Part shown: piece by piece, positions 37,466 through 46,929 of the stretch
Layout: the number at the start of each line of letters is the position of its first letter
Position numbering within the stretch: position 1 is the stretch's first letter
Virus record (IMG/VR): IMGVR_UViG_3300040801_001224
Coordinates: 124,001 to 188,000 of that record
Length of the DNA stretch: 64,000 bases
Strand: one strand, 5' to 3'
The notes under the pieces: generated by a model
The model's input: the letters and a program-made list of their open reading frames with translations, nothing else
What the model was told of the DNA's origin: nothing
The model's database searches: none
Program-made: the position numbers and the translations under genes

Positions 37466-38925
37466 TGAGGCTAGACCAAATCCGCCCGCTTAAAGAACGA
37501 GCAGGCGGTATCACACACATCGAAGATTTGGCCATTGATGAGCTAATATCAGCACTTAGAAATTTTGAAGAATATGAAATTTCAGAAAAAATTGATGGAT
37601 CAAACCTACAATTCGGATACGACGGTGACGGGTTTTATACTAGTCGTGAGTCGAAAGCCGGAGATGAAAGAATGCGCTCTGTGGACGACTATCCAATACA
37701 ATACAGCACCACATTTCAAAGATCAGCACACCTAGCACTAGAAAAAGTTATGCCACTCATCATACGTAGTGAATTTTTTACTACTGGTGACGCAGTTGAA
37801 GTTGAAGTATTATTTGGTAAGCTACCGAACGCTGTGCCATATAACGACGATGCGAACCGCATCATATTCTTACGCCCCATATCAGGAAACCCAGACATTG
37901 AGGGGTTAAGCGATCTATTGGAAGGGCAACGAATTCGAGTTGAAGTAGATGCGCCATTCAGTTTAAATGGCAAAACTATGGATATTCGTCCAGAACGTCA
38001 TGTTTGGGAATTTGCCCAGACGCCAACAGTTAATGGTAATGAAGTTGTCAAGGGTGAAGCCAAACAGGAACTAGAATCCAAACTAGATGAAATAGAGACA
38101 TTTTTGAAACAGCCGAGTGGCATTGGTGGTTTCAGTAATGCTGAAGCTATTTCATTGCCGTTGAATAAGCGTCCGGAAGGAATCAGTACTTCTGAATGGA
38201 AAGAAGCAAAAGAAGCGATAAAGTCACTACGTAAGAAATTTTACGATGTTTCTGATGATGGAACTCCTACTGGATTCAAGCAGGATATCAAGGAGTTTCT
38301 ATTAAAGCGTTTAGTTAGGACTATAGGCAGTGCCTTTGGCCCAGAAGTTTCAGACGGTGGCTGGATTGAGGGTGTCGTGTTCCGTCACAAAGACACTAAC
38401 CAAATGTTTAAGGTTGTTGATAAGGATATGTTTACTGCCGTTAAGAAATTCATATGGAAAGTTAGAGATGAGTTAAGTGAAAAGCCAAAAAGTGTCAACA
38501 CCATTAGCTCCTTTATGGGTAAGGTCCTAGTGGGATTGGGGACGTCACTTGGTATCCCCGAGTTAGGAACTTTCCAGGCTAAACGAGCACTCAAAAAACA
38601 CGGCAGTACACGGGAAGAAATACTGTCAAATCTCAGTAAGGAAATAGACTTTGACAACACTAAATCTTATTGGGAAAAATTTATCACTGATCAACAAGAG
38701 AAGTTTAACAAAGAGTTAGATAAATACATAAAAGGCAGAAAAGACCTGTCATTCACCGCAAACGATCGAACGTTTAAATATGACGATGAAGTCCATGCTA
38801 GAACACTTCAAGTATTTGAGAGTGTTAATAGAATACTAAAAGGCTTTTTAGAAAATACTAGAAAAGCCAAGTCGGCAGAAGACCTAATAATGCTATTGGT
38901 TGGTCGACAATTACAGGACATATAA
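37465..38925 (+). CDS. ATP-dependent RNA-ligase-superfamily nucleotidyltransferase with MRLDQI tag
   Basis: Motif I EKIDGSN, motif III EVEVLF, motif IV EGVVFR, motif V FKVVDK. Confidence 0.75.
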   Translation: MRLDQIRPLKERAGGITHIEDLAIDELISALRNFEEYEISEKIDGSNLQFGYDGDGFYTSRESKAGDERMRSVDDYPIQYSTTFQRSAHLALEKVMPLIIRSEFFTTGDAVEVEVLFGKLPNAVPYNDDANRIIFLRPISGNPDIEGLSDLLEGQRIRVEVDAPFSLNGKTMDIRPERHVWEFAQTPTVNGNEVVKGEAKQELESKLDEIETFLKQPSGIGGFSNAEAISLPLNKRPEGISTSEWKEAKEAIKSLRKKFYDVSDDGTPTGFKQDIKEFLLKRLVRTIGSAFGPEVSDGGWIEGVVFRHKDTNQMFKVVDKDMFTAVKKFIWKVRDELSEKPKSVNTISSFMGKVLVGLGTSLGIPELGTFQAKRALKKHGSTREEILSNLSKEIDFDNTKSYWEKFITDQQEKFNKELDKYIKGRKDLSFTANDRTFKYDDEVHARTLQVFESVNRILKGFLENTRKAKSAEDLIMLLVGRQLQDI

Positions 38926-38927
38926 TA

Positions 38928-40019
38928 ATGAACTTAAGAGAACAGTTTGACAAATTTAAATTAGATGAAAGGGCATTGAGTGATATGTCTACTTATCGAC
39001 AAGCCATGTCTATTTTAAATCAGCGAGCCAAAGCTGGTGATTCTCAAGCAATCTCTCTTAAAAACAAAGTTCTTAAAATGATTGGCGATAAGGGCATCTC
39101 ACACAAATCTGTTATTGGCATGATGAACACTCTTCCGCAGTTTACCCTTAAAGAAGGCGGCAATGCTGTAGAAGGTGTTGGCCCAATAAACCAAGAAAAT
39201 GTCGAAGCTACCATGGCAGTAATCTATAAAGAATTATTGCCGGCGCTAGGATTGTCCAAATCAGACACAGCATCATTGGGTAGTACAGGAAAGAAAGGTC
39301 CTGGCCAGCAGAGCGGTGATATTGATCTTGCGGTTAGTGTTCAGGCATTGACCAAAAACAATAATATCGAAACGCCAGCAGACTTATATACATTCATCGA
39401 GCAAACACTTCAAAAGTTTACTGATAGAACTAGAATCATGGGTGGAATTGGCATTGTCACTTGTGCGTGGCCAATCAGTAACACCGACGGCAAGCAGGAA
39501 GGTGAATTTGTCCAGTTGGATATAATGACTGTTGACAGTGTTGATTGGGCTCGTTGGGCATTCTTTGCGCCATCATTTGATCAGTCACCATATAAAGGAT
39601 TGTATAGGAACGAAATACTATATGCGATTGCTCGGTATATGGATTATGAGTCGTTAGAAACAGCACTAGATAAAGAAGGCGTTGAGGTAGATGCTCGTTG
39701 GAAACGTAAGTTTTATGACTTAGGAAAAGGCATCTTATCAGGCGAGCAGTCACGTATGGGCAAGAAGGGAATTGTTAAGACAGTTAAAACACTGAATAAA
39801 GAAATATTGTCTCAGAATCCAGAAGAAGCTGTGACAATGTTTTTCGGCCCAGACTTCAAGCCAAATGATATGTTGACGTGGGAGCAAGCCTTTGCCGCAA
39901 TTATGGACAGCGATTTCATACATGCTGATCATAGACAAGAAATATTGCAGATGACAAAGCAGGGTATACTCAATAAAGGCTACCCTATTCCACCAGAACT
40001 AGATGAGGTGACAGCATGA
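38928..40019 (+). CDS. Pol-beta-superfamily nucleotidyltransferase
   Basis: LGSTGKK...SGDIDLAV (GS...DxD) and third Asp in VQLDIM; domain begins at LKE|GGNA. Confidence 0.78.
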   Translation: MNLREQFDKFKLDERALSDMSTYRQAMSILNQRAKAGDSQAISLKNKVLKMIGDKGISHKSVIGMMNTLPQFTLKEGGNAVEGVGPINQENVEATMAVIYKELLPALGLSKSDTASLGSTGKKGPGQQSGDIDLAVSVQALTKNNNIETPADLYTFIEQTLQKFTDRTRIMGGIGIVTCAWPISNTDGKQEGEFVQLDIMTVDSVDWARWAFFAPSFDQSPYKGLYRNEILYAIARYMDYESLETALDKEGVEVDARWKRKFYDLGKGILSGEQSRMGKKGIVKTVKTLNKEILSQNPEEAVTMFFGPDFKPNDMLTWEQAFAAIMDSDFIHADHRQEILQMTKQGILNKGYPIPPELDEVTA

Positions 40020-40603
40020 GACTAGATGAAATAGCACAAACGCCAGTAGAAGAAACGGCGGGTGACTTAGTAAGACCAGAAGATGAAAGAATGGGTGATG
40101 ACAAAACAACACACCTAGTCTATGATGATGGCGACTTTAAAGTATGGTGGACACCTGCCAAAGATATGTTTGAGATTACAGAAATGCAGGAAGATGGCTG
40201 GGTAGAAGGCCGGTTTAAAGCTAAAGCGTTTAGTGTAACAAAAGCAGAACAAATCGCTGAAAAGTACATGACGACAAAATGGTACGAAGGCATTGACGAA
40301 AGCGTTACAGAAGAAGCAAATGAGTTAAACATTGAAGTCCACCAAACAGATCAGTGGACTGACGAAGGCAACCCAGAATATTATGAGCCAGATGTAGAAA
40401 ATACACAATACGAAGTAAATATTGGTGGCGAATTAGTGGGTGAAATGACATACGACAATTACTTTGGCTACTTAGCTGGTAACATTGGCAATCGCACGGT
40501 GCAACTGGAAATGAGATACGAAGAATCTGCTGAAGATTGTGTTAAGCGTTATTTCGCAACACCAACAGGTCAAAAGCATCTTAAAGTAATGGGATTCGCA
40601 TAA
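40016..40603 (+). CDS. Putative head-internal modular protein (MRLDEI tag)
   Basis: Two modules separated by IDE|SVTEE|. Confidence 0.65.
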   Translation: MRLDEIAQTPVEETAGDLVRPEDERMGDDKTTHLVYDDGDFKVWWTPAKDMFEITEMQEDGWVEGRFKAKAFSVTKAEQIAEKYMTTKWYEGIDESVTEEANELNIEVHQTDQWTDEGNPEYYEPDVENTQYEVNIGGELVGEMTYDNYFGYLAGNIGNRTVQLEMRYEESAEDCVKRYFATPTGQKHLKVMGFA

Positions 40604-40878
40604 TGTTTGAAATAGTATTAGATATATTTTTAATAACACTTATGGTGGCAGGTATTTTTTGTACACTACTAGGTCTATTAACAGTATTCTATTGGTTCAA
40701 GCCTGCCGAACCACCAGCAGACACAAGCAACAGAATAAATAATATTACGTCGTGGTGGACTGGTTTAACACGTACAAATGTAATGGCAAAAGAATATAAG
40801 TTTTTTCGTCAAGACGTGATGGACAATATAAATGATGTTGAAACACAAGACGAAGTAAATAGACACAGGGAAAAATAA
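40603..40878 (+). CDS. Small membrane protein
   Basis: About 30-aa hydrophobic N-terminus. Confidence 0.65.
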   Translation: MFEIVLDIFLITLMVAGIFCTLLGLLTVFYWFKPAEPPADTSNRINNITSWWTGLTRTNVMAKEYKFFRQDVMDNINDVETQDEVNRHREK

Positions 40879-41609
40879 TGACTGAACACAGTAAACAATG
40901 GCCATTCACAAAAGAAGATGATGGAGACTTTTCATTCTTTCGTGAATTAAATGAGAACAAAGTATTCCGTAATAAATCTGATTTACAGAGAATATCTCAT
41001 GACACGTCAAAAGAATTGCTATACCTGAGTATTTTAGCTACAATAGCATTGTCACAAGAATCTAATACAGCAGACGAAGCGCAGGACCTAGCGTCACGTA
41101 CTGCTACATTTAATAACTTTGACACGTTTAAAGTGGCACTTCCAGACCTATATAACTTGTCACATATGCACTTTGGTGATACAAGTTATGATGATCTGGG
41201 TGTTGAAACGCAGTGGAAAAAGAATGCTACTAAGCCATTAAAAGGATTATACATTAGACTGTTACGTAGTATCGGCCACGGCACAATGCGTGATGCAGAA
41301 GCGTCACAATTTCTACTAAAGTTAGAACGTGCGTTAGATATTGATAATGGTGTTTACAAGCAAATACGAAGAGTTGTTTCCAATTGGAATAGAAATGACA
41401 GCAAAGAAAAGTCATCTACATTCAAGCGTTTGTATCGTTACATTAGAGCATTGAGTCCACGTAGTGAAATGCTACCAATCATAAAGAAACAGACTGGTAC
41501 GGTAGGCGCAATGACTAACACACAGAAGGCGGCACTTGGTGTTGGTATATTTGGCGCAGGCGTTTTAGCTGGTTATAAAATGACTAGAAATCCAAAAGGA
41601 AAGAAGTAA
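40878..41609 (+). CDS. Conserved late (probable virion) protein
   Basis: FFRELNE| junction; C-terminal GVGIFGAGVLAGY hydrophobic tail. Confidence 0.7.
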   Translation: MTEHSKQWPFTKEDDGDFSFFRELNENKVFRNKSDLQRISHDTSKELLYLSILATIALSQESNTADEAQDLASRTATFNNFDTFKVALPDLYNLSHMHFGDTSYDDLGVETQWKKNATKPLKGLYIRLLRSIGHGTMRDAEASQFLLKLERALDIDNGVYKQIRRVVSNWNRNDSKEKSSTFKRLYRYIRALSPRSEMLPIIKKQTGTVGAMTNTQKAALGVGIFGAGVLAGYKMTRNPKGKK

Positions 41610-42619
41610 TGTTAGTGAGCGAAGTCCTGTTTGAACATTATATTAGTGATAAGGACATCATGCACATCTTCAAACGAGCTGTTGAGCTCGTAGACCAAAC
41701 TGGCAAAAATAAAACCAGTGTCGGAAGAATAGTTACGCCTACTAAAAAGCCAATCACACCTGATGATAGTGACGAAAAACTTGAGTCTTTAGCACATTCC
41801 GATATAACCCACGCCATATCTGAAGGGCCATTTGATCGCATCAAAACGCTTGGCGGTAATCTCGCCAATAAAGTCACTTTAGACAAACTGCTGAAGAGGT
41901 GGCAGAAATATGGATCAGACAATGATTCGGCAGTAGTTCTAGCAGTGCTAAGAAACAGCGATGTTCCAGATGAAATTATTTCACAGTTACAGAAAGAAAC
42001 CACGTTAGGAAAAGATGTATCATCAGATAGCGATAAAGGCGGCATCAATAACGGTGAGCAGATCAATAAGAACAGAGCAGACGGTGATATAATTAAAGGC
42101 GATAAAGAAGAAGCAGTTGACGGCATCAAAACGTCTATGAGTTACATGTCAAACTGGGGCAAACAAGGCCAAGATATTGGTGATAATTATAATGTGACGA
42201 TGAAGTCAATAGACAATTCGGAATCACTAAGTGATGACGAGAAGGAAACCGCAAAAGGCGCAGTAAACCAATACGCACAAGCTACTGAGTTTAGAGAAAA
42301 GACTGAATTACTATATAGTCAATACCAGGAAGCCATCCGACGAGTATATCAGCAGGACAATGAGGGTGAAGCTAATTCCCATGGCGATCCACGTATGCTC
42401 GCAAAATTCTTATTAAATAGGTCAACTGACTTCTCTAAAGAAGAATATTTAGCAATGCCTGACGAAGAAAAAGCTAGAGTAGACAATTTACAGGCTAAGA
42501 TAGAAAGATTGCGTAAAGATTTTGGCAATAAGACATCCGGTGCTAAAGGAGATGACCTAAAATATGCCATCGAAAAATTGTGGAAAAAGCAACCAAAAAT
42601 CGTTAAGAGTGATAAATAA
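41609..42619 (+). CDS. Putative head-internal protein (MLVSEVLFE tag)
   Basis: Tag, plus ISE|GPFDRIK junction. Confidence 0.65.
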   Translation: MLVSEVLFEHYISDKDIMHIFKRAVELVDQTGKNKTSVGRIVTPTKKPITPDDSDEKLESLAHSDITHAISEGPFDRIKTLGGNLANKVTLDKLLKRWQKYGSDNDSAVVLAVLRNSDVPDEIISQLQKETTLGKDVSSDSDKGGINNGEQINKNRADGDIIKGDKEEAVDGIKTSMSYMSNWGKQGQDIGDNYNVTMKSIDNSESLSDDEKETAKGAVNQYAQATEFREKTELLYSQYQEAIRRVYQQDNEGEANSHGDPRMLAKFLLNRSTDFSKEEYLAMPDEEKARVDNLQAKIERLRKDFGNKTSGAKGDDLKYAIEKLWKKQPKIVKSDK

Positions 42620-42673
42620 ATGTAACGCAGTAATATATTACTAGCGAAATAAATTAACAAGGAGAATATTACA

Positions 42674-42952
42674 ATGGTAGAGAAGGTTCACGGTTTAGTA
42701 CCAGAGCAAGGCACATGGTCAGAAGGTCCATTAACTTTTGTTTCAATCGCGGCGGCAGACGATGCGGCTCTTGATGCGGCAGTTAAATTAGCAGGTCAAT
42801 TTGCTACAATTCTAGGCATCAACGTTGTTGGTGGTGTTGCACACATGATCCTAGGTTATGCGGCAAACGACGGTGTTGATGGCGATCTAGCTCCACAAAC
42901 TGGTCTAGAAGATGCTGGTTTCACAGTTTACGCTGGCTTCCAGGGTGTTTAA
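42674..42952 (+). CDS. Small virion structural protein (MVEKVHG)
   Basis: Own late promoter at 42611, strong RBS, own terminator. Confidence 0.7.
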   Translation: MVEKVHGLVPEQGTWSEGPLTFVSIAAADDAALDAAVKLAGQFATILGINVVGGVAHMILGYAANDGVDGDLAPQTGLEDAGFTVYAGFQGV

Positions 42953-42979
42953 TAGCTAAGTACTAACACACTATTATTG

Positions 42980-43004
42980 AAAAACCGCCTTAGGGCGGTT
43001 TTTT
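42980..43004 (+). terminator. Bidirectional terminator
   Basis: AAAAACCGCC-TTAG-GGCGGTTTTTT. Confidence 0.9.
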
Positions 43005-43085
43005 ATTGACTCCACATTCTGTAATAATCTTGTTATCACAAAACAATGATAAATACGATTAATATAATAATGGAGAATAACCACA

Positions 43086-43547
43086 ATGGTACAAAGAATT
43101 CACGGTGCGGCAACCGCAATGCAGAATTTGACAGAGAATATTACCTACTACAAAGTGTATGCTCTATCAATAGGCGCAACTACAGACCCTTTAACAGCTG
43201 GCCAGGTTAATATCCATCAGACAGGCAACATTCAAGACGAAAGCCAAAAGAATTTTGAAGTACTAATACAGAGCATCGCTTTACGTGCCATGCCTGTAGT
43301 TATGAACGCACCGGTTGCTGTTTCAAATGTGGCTAATGAAGGGGCGGCAGAAATGAGCGGTGAAGGATATGTGTGGAAATTCGCTGTTGAACGTTCGGAC
43401 TATTTTACAAATGACGGCCCAAATGGAACTTTAGGTCCGGTTGGTTTCTTAGTTGATGAAATTGATGGCATTGTGTTGCCAAACGCAACAGTGTTAAGCA
43501 CGAGTGGAGCAGACCAGAACATTGAGTTTCAGGTATCGGAGTTTTAA
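43086..43547 (+). CDS. Virion structural protein (MVQRIHG)
   Basis: Late promoter at 43048; N-terminus similar to the previous gene. Confidence 0.7.
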   Translation: MVQRIHGAATAMQNLTENITYYKVYALSIGATTDPLTAGQVNIHQTGNIQDESQKNFEVLIQSIALRAMPVVMNAPVAVSNVANEGAAEMSGEGYVWKFAVERSDYFTNDGPNGTLGPVGFLVDEIDGIVLPNATVLSTSGADQNIEFQVSEF

Positions 43548-43548
43548 T

Positions 43549-43782
43549 ATGAGATTAATAGAAATAGCTGAAAGTGTGCCGGTGTATAAAGGCGATCCTA
43601 TATATGATGAGAGATTCATTACAAGAAGACTCCATGATAATATTCTTGCTCGGCTACAACAGGACTATCCTGATGCGGTACTAACAAAAATTGGTCCACT
43701 TGATGACGGCGGTGTTATAGCTTTTATTGAACCAGACGAAGGTTTTATATTTCATAAGGAATATGTTGAGGCTAACAAATGA
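43549..43782 (+). CDS. Small putative head-internal protein (MRLIEIAE tag)
   Basis: Start reassigned to 43549, just after the upstream stop. Confidence 0.6.
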   Translation: MRLIEIAESVPVYKGDPIYDERFITRRLHDNILARLQQDYPDAVLTKIGPLDDGGVIAFIEPDEGFIFHKEYVEANK

Positions 43783-44066
43783 AGATAACAGAGATTATTA
43801 TAGAACAAAAAGAAGAAGAAGTTTGCGAAGCTAGGATGGCTTGGGCTAGAAAAGGCAACAAAGTTGTTCGTAAGTACCGCTGTACTTCAGGCCCACGCAA
43901 AGGTAGAGTTGTATCAAATCCAACACAATGTTCAAAGCCAATTGACATAAAGAAGCGCATGAATTTAAAAAGAACAAAAGCGGCAAACGCTACACGAATT
44001 AAACGTAAGACAGCTAGGACAAAACGCTTAAACCCAGCGTCTAAAATGCTAAAGAGGTTAAACTAA
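43779..44066 (+). CDS. Basic prohead core/DNA-binding-like protein (MKITEIIIE tag)
   Basis: Acidic leader then a K/R-rich body with RCTSGPRKGRVV..C. Confidence 0.7.
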   Translation: MKITEIIIEQKEEEVCEARMAWARKGNKVVRKYRCTSGPRKGRVVSNPTQCSKPIDIKKRMNLKRTKAANATRIKRKTARTKRLNPASKMLKRLN

Positions 44067-44623
44067 TGATAAGAAAATTAAACGAGACTATGCAGATGTT
44101 ATCTGAAGAATCACTAGCAGACAAGCTACAAAAGGAAATGGGCATTGAAGCCACTGAAGAAGTTAAAGAGTTGGGATTCACAGAATATTTGGAAGTTGCT
44201 TCTGCCCTAGAAGCCGGTGATGAAATGATGGTGCGTGACCTGCTTGGATTGGGTCTTGAAGAAGACTACACGAAAGCTAAAGTAACTGATGTGCGTCCGG
44301 GACAAGAATTAACATATCAGGATGACAAGGGTCGTGAGACGAAAGTTGATTTGCGTGATCCAGATCATGAACTAGGTTTAGCAGTATTGGATATGACAGG
44401 AAACCGACCAGCATTGGACGATCGTGGCGAAGATGTTACGCCAAATGCCAAAGAGATTGAACGTGGTGACGAGTTTATGATTGATCTAGAAGAAATGAAA
44501 AAATTGGCTGGCATTGAAGATGAAGATGGCGCTGAAGAGGAAGTTGAAGAAACAACCTCAGCAGGCGGAATCGCAGTAGCGGCACAGCCAATGGGAAAGA
44601 TGATAAAACGTAAGAAGAAGTAA
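44066..44623 (+). CDS. Acidic head-internal modular protein
   Basis: LSEE|, LEE|, EMKKLAGI, VEE|TTSAGGIA...MIKRKKK. Confidence 0.65.
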   Translation: MIRKLNETMQMLSEESLADKLQKEMGIEATEEVKELGFTEYLEVASALEAGDEMMVRDLLGLGLEEDYTKAKVTDVRPGQELTYQDDKGRETKVDLRDPDHELGLAVLDMTGNRPALDDRGEDVTPNAKEIERGDEFMIDLEEMKKLAGIEDEDGAEEEVEETTSAGGIAVAAQPMGKMIKRKKK

Positions 44624-45057
44624 TGGACTATAAGTTAAAGAATAAATTTAAACGAATAGTTAATCGAGTTGCAGAGGATGTAACTAAAAAATATCTTATT
44701 GAAAAAATATCTGATCATACATTCAAATACCACAGTTTTATAATTGAAAAGCGTGGTACTAATGATTATGTGTGTAAAAAAGGAAAGAAAGTAATCTTTG
44801 AGGGCATATGTAACCTAAGACTCGCAACAATGTTCTGCTATAGTTACTTGTATAAGAATACAAAAGGTGTCAGACAAGAACTCAACAAGTTGAACAACGC
44901 AGTCCAGAAGAATAGACAGGATGTGCTGTTTTATAGACACTATGTTAAAGAAAGCCCAGATCAAGACCTATCGCACATATACGCTAGGATAACTGAGAGC
45001 AATTTAGTGTACGAAAAGCTTAAGGAAGATATACGAATTCTTTCAACGTCGATATAA
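44623..45057 (+). CDS. Hypothetical protein
   Basis: Coupled 144-aa ORF. Confidence 0.7.
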   Translation: MDYKLKNKFKRIVNRVAEDVTKKYLIEKISDHTFKYHSFIIEKRGTNDYVCKKGKKVIFEGICNLRLATMFCYSYLYKNTKGVRQELNKLNNAVQKNRQDVLFYRHYVKESPDQDLSHIYARITESNLVYEKLKEDIRILSTSI

Positions 45058-45105
45058 TTTGAGAACTCTGATAAATATAACAAATACACTAGGGAAATTA
45101 CAACT

Positions 45106-46020
45106 ATGTTATTAAATGAATTTAACCGTTCAGACGCTAAAAATGAGTATAAAAGCTCTGTCCGTTTATTAGAATCTACTTATGGTGTAAAGATTAAAGA
45201 AACTGACGACCTTCATAACCTATTTGTAGCCGCTTCTAAAGCTGGCGCAATCATGGAGAACTTACGTTTACAGAACCGCACTATTGAAGACAAAGAGTAT
45301 TCAAAGTACGCCTTAATCAAGGAAGCCATTACTTCTAAAATTGACGCCATATATGAGGAGCGTGTTCAAAACTTACTAGAGTTTGAAGGCATTCCATCAG
45401 TCAACACTGGTTCTGCTAAGTTCCGCAGAATATTAGACGCTACAGTAGCTCGTGCTATTGAGCAATACGATTCAGGTATGGATCTAGAAGATGTTACACG
45501 TAATGCTGTTTACGCATTCCGTAACACACCGGGTATCGTTATTCCAAGCGAAATCTTCAAAATTGAATTTGAAAAAGCATTCTTACAGAAGCTATACTTC
45601 TCGGGACGTGAGCCAGAAATGAGTCAAGCTCCAAGCTATAGTGACACAGAGCGTCCAGCGGCTACATTGCTAGATAGTATCACAGAAGAAGAACTAGCCG
45701 AAGCACTAGCTAACATGGAAGCAGTTATTGAAGGTAAGCTAACAGAAGATTCAGATGTTGACCAAGCACGTTTACAGGAAATTGCTGAAGCTATTATTAA
45801 TGAAGGTGACTTTTACAGTAGCAAAGACAAGAAAGGTAACGCTATTGGCAAGCAACAAGCAGACGTAGCAAGTAAGTACCTAGACTTTTTAGGTAGTGAT
45901 TTAAAATTAGATGGTGAAGAAGAGCCAATCGAAGTTAAATTTGGTAAAGACAAAGCAATGTCTCCAGCAGACAAAGCTAAAATAGCAAGAATTAAAAAAG
46001 CCGCGGCGGCTCAAAAATAA
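45106..46020 (+). CDS. Prohead core/scaffold-like protein (MLLNEF)
   Basis: Late promoter at 45070; repeated LLE, LTE and INE junctions. Confidence 0.6.
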   Translation: MLLNEFNRSDAKNEYKSSVRLLESTYGVKIKETDDLHNLFVAASKAGAIMENLRLQNRTIEDKEYSKYALIKEAITSKIDAIYEERVQNLLEFEGIPSVNTGSAKFRRILDATVARAIEQYDSGMDLEDVTRNAVYAFRNTPGIVIPSEIFKIEFEKAFLQKLYFSGREPEMSQAPSYSDTERPAATLLDSITEEELAEALANMEAVIEGKLTEDSDVDQARLQEIAEAIINEGDFYSSKDKKGNAIGKQQADVASKYLDFLGSDLKLDGEEEPIEVKFGKDKAMSPADKAKIARIKKAAAAQK

Positions 46021-46030
46021 AGGAAATATT

Positions 46031-46579
46031 ATGAACAAAAATTACGTTAAAACAGTAAGAACATTACTAGAAAGCGAAATTGAGCAGGCTGAGGTAATCA
46101 TTGCCGCTAAAGGCTTTGCACAAGAGCTTCAAAACATGATCGAGAAAGTTGGTCGTTTAATGAACGAAGACTTGGGTCCAGTTGTTGACCAGATGCGTGA
46201 AGCATATGGCAATGAAGTGTCAGCAAACTTTGGTGAAATGATGGGTTCTCAGATGCAGGAAGTTATTGACGAACTACGCATTTCTAAAGACAAGATTGAC
46301 GATTCAGTTGACGCTATTGCTTCAGGCCAGATGCCAAGCAATGACGTTGACATGGATGCTGATCTAGACATGGGCGGCGACGATTTAGATTTAGACGCAG
46401 AACTAGAACTAGGTGACGATGACATGGACGGTGATTTAGAAGCTGATCTAGACATGGACGCAGAGCTAGAGCTAGATGACGAACCACAGTTAGGTCGTGA
46501 AACTAAAGAATCTAAAATCGAAGAACTACGCAACAAAATGCGTATGATGGAAGACAAGATCGCAAAAGCTAAGGCATAA
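46031..46579 (+). CDS. Prohead core/scaffold-like protein with acidic low-complexity repeat
   Basis: LLE|SEIEQAEVIIAAK; DMDADLD repeats; LGRETKE. Confidence 0.65.
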   Translation: MNKNYVKTVRTLLESEIEQAEVIIAAKGFAQELQNMIEKVGRLMNEDLGPVVDQMREAYGNEVSANFGEMMGSQMQEVIDELRISKDKIDDSVDAIASGQMPSNDVDMDADLDMGGDDLDLDAELELGDDDMDGDLEADLDMDAELELDDEPQLGRETKESKIEELRNKMRMMEDKIAKAKA

Positions 46580-46580
46580 T

Positions 46581-46919
46581 ATGCGCCTAAGCGAACTAGT
46601 ACTAGAGAGCGATGTAGCTCATGACATAGAAGGCGCCCTAGACAGCCTTCTTATGTCAGTACGTGCTAATGATATTAGCTCAATTGCTACAGATAAAATT
46701 GTTGACCAGTTACGTCAGCAAGGATATAGTGTTTCGACATCATCTTTAATAAACTTTATCGAAGGCAATCCCCTAGTACAAAACGCTACAGTTGATAACA
46801 TCACTTTCAAACATGCAGACAATTATGCTGTTAGTGGTGATGCAGAATCAGCAGAAAAGAATAAAGAAAAAGTCCACAGCATGGCTAAGAAAGCGGCTAT
46901 GAAGGGCATTAAACAGTAG
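46581..46919 (+). CDS. Putative head-internal protein (MRLSELVLE tag)
   Basis: Tag; C-terminal VHSMAKKA. Confidence 0.7.
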   Translation: MRLSELVLESDVAHDIEGALDSLLMSVRANDISSIATDKIVDQLRQQGYSVSTSSLINFIEGNPLVQNATVDNITFKHADNYAVSGDAESAEKNKEKVHSMAKKAAMKGIKQ

Positions 46920-46929
46920 AGGTTAGGTA

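Noticed and set aside
46340-46480. Imperfect GACATGGA/CTAGA tandem repeats
   Set aside because: They encode an acidic low-complexity linker (DMDADLD) within a scaffold-like protein, not a separate element.
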